A stretch of DNA of 64,000 nt from Pristiophorus japonicus (taxonomy: Eukaryota), in NCBI RefSeq assembly GCF_044704955.1, contig NC_091990.1, forward strand, positions 70,370,001-70,434,000, given 5' to 3'. Position numbers and translations under genes: made by a program. The notes under the pieces were generated by a model. It searched no databases and was not told the origin of the DNA. It saw only the letters and a program-made list of their open reading frames with translations. Positions 36,460 through 46,588 of the stretch are shown one piece after another; the stretch's first letter is position 1, and each line of letters starts with the position of its first letter.

Positions 36460-38460
36460 TCTATGAAGCACGAAGTGTGGTGAATAAGGTCAGGGAGCTG
36501 CAGGCACAAATAGACACAGGGGAATATGATGCTGTGGTGTTAACAGAGACCTGGCTCAAAACAGGGCAGGATAGGGTTCTAAATATTCCTGGATATAACA
36601 TGTTCAGGAAAGAAAGGAGATGGAGTGACAGTATTGGTTAAGGTGCTGGAGAGAGAGGATGTCCTGGAGGGGTCAATGATAGAATCTATTTGTTTAGAGC
36701 TCAGAAACAATAGAGGTGCCATTACAGCACTAGGTGTATTCGATAGACCACCAACTAGTGGGAAGGATGTAGAGGGGCACATTTGCAGGGAACTTACAGA
36801 GGAGCAAGAACTATAGAGCAGTGATAATGGGGGAATTCAACTATCCGAATATAGACTGGGATCGTAATAGGGGAGGAATTTGTGGTGTGTTCTTGATCGG
36901 TATGTTTCCAGCCCGACGAGGGAGGAGGCATTGCTGGATCTGGTTCTGGGGAGTGAGGTAGGTCAGGTGGAGCAAGTGTCAGCAGGGGAACATTTAGGGA
37001 ACAGTGATCATAGTATCATGGGTGTTTTTGTGACTGGAAGGATGTTTCCAATGGGGTTCCACGGGGCTCAGTACTGGGTCCCTTGCTTTTTGTGATATAC
37101 ATCAATGATTTACATTTGAATGTAGGGAGTATTATTAAGAAGTTTGCAGCTGATATTAAAATTGGCTGTGTGGCTGATAATGAAGAAGAAAGCTGTAGAT
37201 TGCAGGAAGATATCAATGGACTGGTCAGGTGGGCAGAACAGTGGCAAATGGAATTCAATCTGGAGAATTGTGAGATAATGTATTTGGGGAGGACTACAAG
37301 GCAAGGGAATATACATTAAATGGCAGGACACTGAGAAGTGTAGAGGAACAAAGGGACCTTGGAGTGCAGGTCCACAGATCCCTAAAGTTAACTGTTGTAC
37401 AGCTTTCTTGCTCTTTTCACCGATGCTTTAAACATTGAATTACACACACACTCAGTTGTAGTAAAGGCAGGATCGGGTTTTTTATTCAGACATTCACACT
37501 ATACAAACCCAGTATAGGAGTTACTGAGACACAAACACTTCACAAGCCGACTTGCTGGTTGATCCGATTTCCAATAGCTGCTTGTGTGACACACACCTTC
37601 CCAGTGTCTAGTGTCTAATGTGTCAAACTCTCATCTTTATACCAAAAAAGTTTTTGAACTTTGCATAGTACAGTTAGACAATTAACATGCGGACGATGTA
37701 GAATCAAAATGGCATTGTCCTGAAATCACGATTAATTGCTTTCTGAACTACTATACACAAACCAGATCGTAGTAACAAAGGTAGACTCAAATACTTTGGC
37801 TACAGATGAATGACCAGCTAGTCATTTCAACAGCTAAATGTTGCTATATCGTCCAGCAGCCTGTTTTGATTCAATCATCTTGTTTTAATCCATACTTCGA
37901 TCTTCAATCTTCAATCTTCTAATATTTAACCCTTTCGATATCTCCGAAGTAAAGCATTTCAGAAATGTGGGTTCCCACAGCAGGCCAGGTAGATCAGGTG
38001 GTTAAGAAGGCACACGGGATACTTGCATTTATTAGCTGAGGCATAGAATACAAGAGCAGGGAGGTTATGTTTGAACTGTATAAAACACTGATTTGGCCAC
38101 AGCTGGAGTACTGCGTGCAGTTCTGGTCACCACATTACAGGAAGGAGGTGATTGCACTGGAGAGGGTACAAAGGAGATTTACCAGGATGTTGCCTGGACT
38201 GGAGAATTTCAGCTATGAGGAAAGATTGGATAGGCTGGGGTTGTTTTCTTTGGAACCGAGGAGGCTGAGGGGAGATTTTATTGGTGTATAAAGTTATGAG
38301 GGGCCTGGATAGAGTGGATAGGAAAGATCTGTTTCCCTTAGCAGAGGGGGTCAATAACCAGGGCACATAGATTTAAAGTAACAGGGCAATGGACAAGAGC
38401 TGGAAAGTGGGATTAGGCTGGATAGCTCTTGGTCAGCTGGCGTGGACAAGATGGGCCAAA
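36460..38460 (+). mobile_element. Old CR1 LINE with internal deletions, interrupted by a solo LTR
   Basis: ARSVVNKVRELQAQ..VVLTETW (APE), KFAADIKIG, QLEYCVQFWSPHYRK; same old family as the 5005-13270 host. Confidence 0.85.
37393..37979 (-). mobile_element. Putative solo LTR (587 bp)
   Basis: Interrupts CR1 (gatccctaaag...gcaggccaggtag). TG...CA termini; on the minus strand TATAAA (37636-37641) precedes AATAAA (37481-37486). No convincing TSD. Confidence 0.6.
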
Positions 38461-38647
38461 AGGGTGTCCCTTAAAGAGTTAGGATGGGCAAACATCTCAG
38501 AAGGTCAGCAAATGGCAGAGGTGTTCACGCATCACTGTGCACAAATTTCAGATTGCTGAATCTCGGTCCGACTGTCAGAAGCTAAGCCAAGACTGGAACA
38601 CATGCACAGCTACTAATTAACAGATCATATATCCAACTACCGCCACT

Positions 38648-39168
38648 CAATCGAGGGGTTCGGGGGGGTTATATATAGAGTAACAGGTACCACGAGGAGT
38701 GAGTTACAGGCTGGAATCTAATCGAGGGGTTCGGGGGGTTTATATATAGAATAACAGATACCCGGGAGTGAGTTACAGGCTGGAATCTAATCGAGGGGTT
38801 CGGGGGGGTTTCATATAGAGTAACAGATACCCCAGGAAGTGAGTTATAGGCTGGAATCTAATCGAGCGGTTCGGGGGTTTATATATAGAATAACAGATGC
38901 CCCAGGGAGTGAGTTACAAGCTGGGATCTAATTGAGGGGTTCGGGGGTTTATATATAGAATAACAGATACCCCAGGGAGTGAGTTACAGGCTAGAATCTA
39001 ATCGAGGGGTTCGGGGGGTTATATATAGAATAACAGATAACCGGGAGTGAGTTACAGGCTGGAATCTAATTGAGGGGTTCGGGGGGTTATATATAGAATA
39101 ACAGATAACCGGGAGTGAGTTACAGGCTGGAATCTAACCCAGGGGTTCGGGGGGATTATATATAGAAT
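38648..39168. repeat. ~69-bp minisatellite (GAGTTACAGGCTGGAATCTAATCGAGGGGTTCGGGGGTTTATATATAGAATAACAGATACCCGGGA..), ~7.5 copies
   Basis: Period measured 38701 to 38770. Confidence 0.95.
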
Positions 39169-39276
39169 TGAGAAGTACGTGGGCGGGGGGCAGGACCCGA
39201 GGGGTGGGGGAGGGGGGGTCCACACTCTAAAGTTGCTGATGTTGTGACATTAATAGGTTGTATCTTTCTGTTACAG

Positions 39277-39378
39277 GTGATATTCACATTGGCATGGCTG
39301 ACCGCAGTGGGCAGCTGGAGGTGGAAATTATTCAGGCCAGAGGGCTGACCCCGAAGTCTGGCACTAAAGCTTTGCCAG
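39277..39378 (+). CDS. RIMS3: RIMS3 coding exon (102 nt), start of C2B domain
   Basis: Acceptor tatctttctgttacAG, donor CCAG|GTAGGT. Translates (G)DIHIGMADRSGQLEVEIIQARGLTPKSGTKALP(A); the DRSGQLEVE and GLTPK motifs are RIMS3-like. Confidence 0.95.
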
Positions 39379-39510
39379 GTAGGTGGCCAGAGGGAGTTGC
39401 AGCCAGTGCTTTAACAGCATCTTTCCCATGTTGGTCTCAAGCTGTAGATTCATATCAGGGGCCAGGTTTAACCTGTGCTGGAGGAGTCACTATTAAATAG
39501 TCGTGTTTAA

Positions 39511-39614
39511 GTATTGACCCTTTGTATGACACTGAGAATATTGACCCGTTGTATGACACTGAGAATATTGACCCGTTGTATGACACTGAGAATATTGACC
39601 CGTTGTATGACACT
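39511..39614. repeat. 27-bp tandem, ~4 copies
   Basis: Unit TATTGACCCGTTGTATGACACTGAGAA. Confidence 0.92.
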
Positions 39615-40114
39615 GGCGATCTTGTCTCTGCGAAGAAACCGCCAGTTGCCAGGTGCAACTCTACATGTCAGTGACTGCCCAAAACCACCTGTGTCCACTA
39701 TAACCGCGGAGTCAACTCCCAATACACACACAAGAACCAAGCACACAACCACCTTCTTTCATATACACTCCCATTGTACAGCATGCCAATGGACATACCC
39801 CTTCCCAGTCACTCCCAGTATAGCATCCCAATAGACCAAACCCCTTCCCAGTCACTCCCATTGTATAGCATCCCAATGGAAACCCACCTGACCAACATCC
39901 CATAATTATCTTTGACCTTTCAAACAGTCCCCACAGGCACAACGGGCGAATGGCCTCATTCTGTGCTTTAGGTTTTTACGATCTGACTTCCACTGCTCCA
40001 GGCAGAGACCGTGGCAACTTCTACACATTTAATTGCTTTTCTTTGACATGTTTTGTGCTCAGTGTTTACTGCAGATTGTTCCGTCTGAACAATTGATTGT
40101 GCTTAATGTGTGAA

Positions 40115-40300
40115 AGAATGACTCGCATTTATATAATGCCTTTAACAACCTCAGGGCATCCCAAAGTGCTTCAGAGCCAATGAAGACCTTTTGAAATGAG
40201 TTCTCACAAACAGCAATGTAATAATGACCAAGTAATCTGATTTAGGTGTTGCTTGAGGGATAAATATTGTTCCAGACACCAGGGAGAAGTGCTCTGCTCT
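40115..40300 (-). mobile_element. Deu-domain SINE fragment, degraded
   Basis: gcatttatataatgcctt...gagggataaatattg..cagacaccagggag matches the copy at 59330-59785. Confidence 0.55.
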
Positions 40301-40432
40301 TAAGTGGGACTAAAGACAGCAAAGTCACATTATTGTTGTACATCAGATAGCGATCCCGATTTGAGGTCATTCATGTCTGGGCTTGTGGAGTCTGGACTGT
40401 ACTGACTCAGTGATGGTCTGCTTTCATATTCC

Positions 40433-40616
40433 ATAGTGTCACAGCTCATAGTGTCACAGCTCATAGTGTCACAGCTCAAAGTGTCACAGCTCATAGTGTC
40501 ACAGCTCATAGTGTCACAGCTCATAGTGTCACAGCTCAAAGTGTCACAGCTCAAAGTGTCACAGCTCAAAGTGTCACAGCTCATAGTGTCACAGCTCATA
40601 GTGTCACACCTCAAAG
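40433..40616. repeat. 15-bp tandem (GTGTCACAGCTCAWA) x12
   Basis: Directly visible. Confidence 0.96.
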
Positions 40617-41239
40617 TTCTAGAAATTGTGTAACTTTTGCGGGATCGCAAACGTATCGCCAGGCACTACACAATTACAGTGGATGCGAATTTCCATCGCA
40701 GCTCAAAGTGTCACAGTTTAAAGTGACAGGTTAAAAAGTATATATAACACTTGCTCCTGATTGCTTCAAATATCAACTGAACAGATAGCGAATCAATCAA
40801 TGAAGCAGTATCACCTTTGAAAATGTATATAAAAAAAATAAAAACTAGTCACTACCTGCTGGTTTTTCTGACCGTTATATCCTAAGCCAGGGATTTACAG
40901 GTAACTGCTAACCTATGGAAGCATTGCTCAATACCATCAATTAACCTCTATTTCGCCATAGGTTGCACCTATTTAGAACATCTGACCCCCATGGGGAGCT
41001 TTAATTGGCAGGTAGATATAGAAATCCTCTCGGGGCGAGTCATCACATGATGGTCACACTATACATGAGAGGGCACAGCCATTGCTCCTTATTTACAAAC
41101 TTCATCAGCTGCACAACTGTGAATATTTTGAGTTACTCGGTCTTCAAATGAAGATTGTTCCATCAATCTAACTTTTTAATGTTTGTTTGGTAAACAAAGT
41201 CCCTTTTACAATGTCTGTGTAAGGGTCGACTGCTCCACA

Positions 41240-41755
41240 ACTATTTTTGTGAACCTATAAATCAAATGCCCCCTTATTAAAGGGGGCACTAAAACCGACA
41301 AATTAAACAAATTAAACTTTAAACTTTAAACAGCCAAATTAAGATTCTGTTCCCAGGGGTGACGATGTACTCCAGTCCCTCCGGCGCCCACCTCTCGCGG
41401 AAGGCCGCGAGCGTACCGGTGGACACCGCGTGCTCCATCTCCAGGGACACCCTGGCTCGGATGTAACCGCGGAAGAGAGGCAGGCAGTCGGGCTGAACGA
41501 CCCCCTCGACCGCCCGCTGCCTGGACCGGCTGATGGCCCCCTTGGCCAGGCCCAGGTGCAGGCCCTCCAACCTGCCCGCTTCCCTCTGCACAGGGTGCCC
41601 AAAGATCAGGAGCGTGGGACTGAAGTGCAACCAGAATTTGAGAAGCAGCCCCTTCAAATAATGGAAGAGGGGTTGCAACCTGACACATCAACATACACGT
41701 GGAACACGGACTCCTCCAGACCACAGAAACTGCAGGCGGCCTGGGAGCCTGTGAA
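41240..41755 (-). mobile_element. L1/Tx1-clade LINE 3' fragment
   Basis: Minus strand reads GSQAACSFCGLEESVFHVYV (CxxC-x8-H zinc knuckle), then QPLFHYLKGLLLKFWLHFSPTLLIFG..LAKGAI..FRERW. The 3' UTR has the hairpin TGCCCCCTT-ATTA-AAGGGGGCA. Confidence 0.7.
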
Positions 41756-41793
41756 CTACAGTCGGTTTCTGATTATATTGTTATACAAAAGCA

Positions 41794-41812
41794 GCACCAC
41801 CAGAGGGCAGAC
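41794..41812 (+). promoter_or_regulatory. Candidate CTCF-binding motif
   Basis: GCACCACCAGAGGGCAGAC, core CCACCAGAGGGC. Motif match only. Confidence 0.45.
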
Positions 41813-42089
41813 TGACACCATCATTCCCATCCTGCTCAGCCCTTTCATTCCCTTCCCCTTTGGGCTGACTCAGAGCAAGTGCCGGAATCAGCTCGATTCC
41901 TCGGTGTTGCACCTGCCCTGTTTTGTAGTGGATAGTCGCATCTCTCAGTGGGTCATCCACAAACTTCTGAACTGAAAATCAAAAAAGTCAGTTTATTTTA
42001 TCTCTGTTATGACTTATGTTTGAGGTGAATTGTAACAAAGCAGAGTTCAGATTTAAAGCTCCGACGCATCAATCGCGGCCCACCCCTGT

Positions 42090-42640
42090 TCTGCTCAGTG
42101 CCGCACTGCATTGTTAGCCTGGCTTTTGTGCTGCAGTGGAACTTGAAGCCACAACTGGTGGACTCGGAGGTGAGAGTGCTCCCACAGCCAACACCTGTCC
42201 AGGCCGACACCCCAGTGCAGTGCTGAGGGAGTGCTGCCCTGTCGGAGCTGCCGTCTTTCAGATGAGACATTAAACTGCAGCCACGCCTACCCTCTCAGGT
42301 GGAGATAAAAGATCAGACGGACTTATCTCCGGTGTCCTGGCCAATATTTATCCCTCAACCAACATCACTAGGAACAAGATTATCTGCTCATTCTCTCCCT
42401 GCTGTTTATGGAACCTTGCTAACATTCCTGCGAAGCTGCACGTCTGTGCCCCACTTCCTGCACCGGCCCTCACCAGATTATACCTGTGAGAAACGGAACG
42501 TGCCGCGCAGCCAGTTAAAGGGACCGCGCCCAAACAGTATTTGGAGGGAATATTGGAGCTTGCTATGCATTACAACAATGACTACAATTCAACGTACTTC
42601 ATTGGCTGTAACGTGCTTCGGGACAACCTGAGAGTGTGAA
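42090..42640 (+). mobile_element. Deu-domain SINE, degraded/rearranged
   Basis: gacacccagtgcagtgctgagggagtgctgccctgtcggagctgccgtctttcagatgagacattaaac...ggtgtcctggccaatatttatccctcaacc. Confidence 0.7.
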
Positions 42641-42732
42641 AGTCTTTTTTCTTTTTTGAAATGTATGGACTGCTTTGCATTCAATGCAAGTTCGCTAGTG
42701 CCTGTTAACAGCTTGTGCCTCGTGCTCCGCAG

Positions 42733-42872
42733 CCCCGTACATTAAGGTCTACCTCCTGGAGAATGGCCTGTGTATCGCAAAGAGAAAGACCAAGTTATCG
42801 AAGAAGACTCTGGACCCGGTGTACCAGCAGGCCTTGCTGTTTGATGAGGGCCCGCAGGGAAAGGTGCTACAG
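42733..42872 (+). CDS. RIMS3: RIMS3 coding exon (140 nt), C2B domain
   Basis: Acceptor gtgctccgcAG, donor CAG|GTCAGT. Translates (A)PYIKVYLLENGLCIAKRKTKLSKKTLDPVYQQALLFDEGPQGKVLQ; QQALLFDEGPQGKVLQ favours RIMS3 over RIMS1/2/4. Confidence 0.95.
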
Positions 42873-43341
42873 GTCAGTGCGGGCCTGGGGAAAGGGGTTA
42901 GAGGTCAGTGCGGCCCTGGGGAAAGGTGCTACAGGTCAGTGCGGCCCTGGGGAAAGGGGTTAGAGGTCAGTGCGGCCCTGGGGAAAGGGGCTAGAGGTCA
43001 GTGTGGCCCTGGGGAAAGGGGTTAGAGGTCAGTGCGGCCCTGGGGAAAGGGGTTAGAGGTCAGTGTGGCCTTGGGGAAAGGGGTTAGAGGTCAGTGCGGC
43101 CCTGGGGATAGGGGTTAGAGGTCAGTGCGGGCCTGGGGATAGGGGTTAGAGGTCAGTGCGGGCCTGGGGAAAGGGGTTAGAGGTCAGTGCGGCCCTGGGG
43201 ATAGGGGTTAGAGGTCAGTGCGACCCTGGGGATAGGGTTAGAGGTCAGTGCGGCCCCGGGGAAAGGTGTTGCAGGTCAGTGCAGCCCTGGGGAAAGGGGT
43301 TAGAGGTCAGTGCGGCCTGGGGATAGGGGTTAGAGTTCAGT
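42857..43341 (+). repeat. 31-bp minisatellite derived from the RIMS3 exon/intron junction, ~15 copies
   Basis: Unit = last 16 exonic nt (GGGAAAGGTGCTACAG, mostly diverged to GGGAAAGGGGTTAGAG) plus the first 15 intronic nt (GTCAGTGCGG[G/C]CCTG). Confidence 0.95.
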
Positions 43342-43857
43342 GTTGTGATCACTGCTCAGTGTAAGTGGGAATGAGCAGTCATTCGATGGAGGATGGTACA
43401 GTGGGGCAGTGAGTCTCCGACAGGACTAGGAAAACAGAAAGTGTGAACACAAATCCCACCATGGCAGCTTGAGCATTTAAATTCAGTTTAAATAATTTAG
43501 AAATAAAAAGCTGGTATTAATAAATTGTCGATGAAGCTGTTGGATTATTGTAAAACCCAACGTGTTCAGTAATTTTGTTTGTGAAGGACTGCTGTTGTCC
43601 TGACCCGGTCTGGCCTCTGTGTGACTCCAGTTGACTCTCAGCCATATTGGGCGGGAGTTTAGCAGCGGCACTCCGACGTTGCGCCCAGAGACCGTGACGT
43701 CATCGTCACGCACCTCGCCCCGTCAGCGCCCCGGACCTGAAACTCACTCCTGCCCCCGGGAGCAGCGCCGGGAAAAAACAGTGGCAGAAGCTGAGGGTCG
43801 GGCGACCGGCCGTTACTGGGGCGATGGGTAAAGGCCAGGTGTTTTAAAGGCCAGTTG

Positions 43858-45151
43858 TGAAAGGGAAATCATGCTTGACAAATCTTCTGGAATTTTTTGA
43901 GGATGTTTCCAGTAGAGTGGACAAGGAAGAACCAGTTGTTGTGGTATATTTGGACTTTCAGAAGGCTTTCGACAAGGTCCCACACAAGAGATTAATGTGC
44001 AAAGTTAAAGCACATGGGATTGGGGGTAGTGTGCTGACATGGATTGAGAACTGGTTGTCAGACAGGAAGCAAAGAGTAGGAGTAAATGGGGACTTTTCAG
44101 AATGGCAGGCAGTGACTAGTGGGGTACCGCAAGGTTCTGTGCTGGGGCCCCAGCTGTTTACACTGTACATTAATGATTTAGACGAGGGGATTAAATGTAG
44201 TATCTCCAAATTTGCGGATGACACTAAGTTGGGTGGCAGTGTGAGCTGCAAGGAGGATTCTATGAGGCTGCAGAGCGACTTGGATAGGTTAGGTGAGTGG
44301 GCAAATGCGTGGCAGATGAGGTATAATGTGGATAAATGTGAGGTTATCCACTTTGGTGGTAAAAACAGAGAGACAGACTATTATCTGAATGGTGACAGAT
44401 TAGGAAAAGGGCAGGTGCAAAGAGACCTGGGTGTCATGGTACATCAGTCATTGAAGGTTGGCATGCAGGTACAGCAGGCAGTTAAGAAAGCAAATGGCAT
44501 GTTGGCCTTCATAGCGAGGGGATTTGAGTACAAGGGCAGGGAGGTGTTGCTACAATTGTACAGGGCCTTGGTGAGGCCACACCTGGAGTATTGTGTACAG
44601 TTTTGGGTTCCTAACCTGAGGAAGGACATTCTTGCTATTGAGGGAGTGCAGCGAAGGTTCACCAGACTGATTCCCAGGATGGCGGGACTGACCTATCAAG
44701 AAAGACTGGATCAACTGGGCTTGTATTCACTGGAGTTCAGAAGAATGAGAGGGGACCTCATCGAAACGTTTAAAATTCTGACGGGGTTAGACAGGTTAGA
44801 TGCAGGAAGAATGTTCCCAATGTTGGGGAAGTCCAGAACCAGGGGACACAGTCTAAGGATAAGGGGGAAGCCATTTAGGACCGAGATGAGGAGGAATTTC
44901 TTCACCCAGAGAGTGGTGAACCTGTGGAATTCTCTACCACAGAAAGTTGTTGAGGCCAATTCACTAAATATATTCAAAAAGGAGTTAGATGAAGTCCTTA
45001 CTACTAGGGGAATCAAGGGGTATGGTGAGAAAGCAGGAATGGGGTACTGAAGTTGCATGTTCAGCCATGAACTCATTGAATGGCGGTGCAGGCTAGAAGG
45101 GCCGAATGGCCTACTCCTGCACCTATTTTCTATGTTTCTATGTTTCTATGT
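43858..45151 (+). mobile_element. Young CR1 LINE, 5'-truncated, (TTTCTATG)n tail
   Basis: Uninterrupted 397-aa ORF2 portion, nearly identical in protein to the copy at 7183-8344. Confidence 0.95.
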
Positions 45152-45269
45152 TCTCCACCTGCTCCGATCTCCTCCCGGGGCCCTGGGCCCCCGCCATTGC
45201 TCAGCCCCGCTCGCTGCTTGTTTGTCGGCCTAAACCGTGGCGAGTCCCCCTCCCTGGGGGCCCAGGTCC

Positions 45270-45752
45270 GGCCCCTCGGACACGGCCCACTGAGGGAGGG
45301 GCCCCTCGGACACGACCCACTGAGGGAGGGGTGCCTCGGACACGACCCACTGAGGGAGGGGTCTAGTGAGGGAGGGGCTGAGTGACGACTACTGAGGGAG
45401 GGGCCTAGTGAGGACCACTGAGAGAGGGGCCCAGTGAGGGAGGGGCCTAGTGAGGGAGGGGTTCTGTGACGGAGGGGTCCAGGGAGGGAGAGGCCCAATG
45501 AGAGCAGGGCCGAGTGAGGGAGGGGCCTAGAGGGAGGGGTCCAGTGAGGGAGGGGCCCAAAGAGGATGAGGCCTAGTGAGGGTGGGGCCTAGGGAGGGAG
45601 GGGCCTAGTAAGGGAGGGGCCTCATGTGGGTGGGGCCCAGTGAGGGAGGGGCCTAGTGAGGGAGGGGCCTAGTAAGGGAGAGGCCTCATGTGGGAGGGAC
45701 CCAGTGATGGAGGGACCCAGTGAGTGCGGGGCCTAGTGAGGGAGGGGCCCAG
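45270..45752. repeat. G-rich minisatellite (GAGGGAGGGGCCTAGT-like)
   Basis: Directly visible. Confidence 0.88.
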
Positions 45753-45899
45753 GGAGCAGGGTGCTGAGGTACCCGCCCAGGAAGGAACCTTGATTTCACG
45801 CTCCACTTCCTTCCGGGACCCATAAGCCAAATTTTGAGAGTGGCGAGACCTCCCCACTGTTACTGCCCCCAAACGGGGCCATACCGAATTGCTCCCCCT

Positions 45900-46268
45900 T
45901 AAACTAGAGGTGATCCAAAACTCGGCAGCCCATGTCCTAACTCGCACCGAGTCCCGCTCACCCATCACCCCCTGGGCTCGCTGACCTACATTGGTGGGTC
46001 TCACTTTCAAAATTCCCATCCCTGATTTCAAATCCCTCCATGGTCCTTGCCCCTCCCTATCTCTGTAATCTCCTCCAGCCCCACAACCCCCCGAGATGTC
46101 TGCGCTCCTCTAATTCTGCCCTCGTGAGCATCCCTGATTATAATCGCTCCACCATCGGTGGCTGTGCCTTCTGTTGCCTGGGCCCCAAGCTCTGGATCTC
46201 CTCCCTAAACCTCTCCGCCTCTCTTTCCTCCTTTAAGACGCTCCTTAAAACCTACCTCTTTGATCAAG
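45900..46268 (+). mobile_element. L2-clade LINE 3' fragment
   Basis: LEVIQNSAAHVLTRTESRSPITP..ADLHW, FKSLHG, LAPPYLCNLLQP: typical L2 ORF2 C-terminus. Confidence 0.75.
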
Positions 46269-46588
46269 CTATGATGTTGGCACGATGTAAATGTGCCTCT
46301 GAAGTGCCTAGCAAACCATTCAGTTGTGTCTCCATTGATTGAAGAAAATGCCCTCCCACCATCTCAGGGCAAGTAGAGACAGCCAATCACTAGCCAGCAA
46401 CATCCACACCCTGACAATGCTCTTAACAAAGAATCACTCAGGTTCCAATCCATCAGTCTCCCCTGTAAGTGAACCTCACGCCCTCATAGGACCAGGAGTT
46501 CACCTTTACTGTCCAAATTGTGTTCCTTGTTACCACAGGGAGTGGTTGAGACGAATAGCACAGATACAATAAAGGTGGATACAGCGTT

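Noticed and set aside
38648-39168. CRISPR-like repeat-spacer array (also considered for 42857-43341, 50841-51496, 62016-62572)
   Set aside because: Head-to-tail tandem units without unique spacers, no cas genes, vertebrate intron context.
43857-45050. Intact 397-aa and 351-aa RT ORFs as domesticated genes or autonomous elements
   Set aside because: They are 5'-truncated CR1 copies lacking ORF1, endonuclease and promoter; intactness reflects young age.
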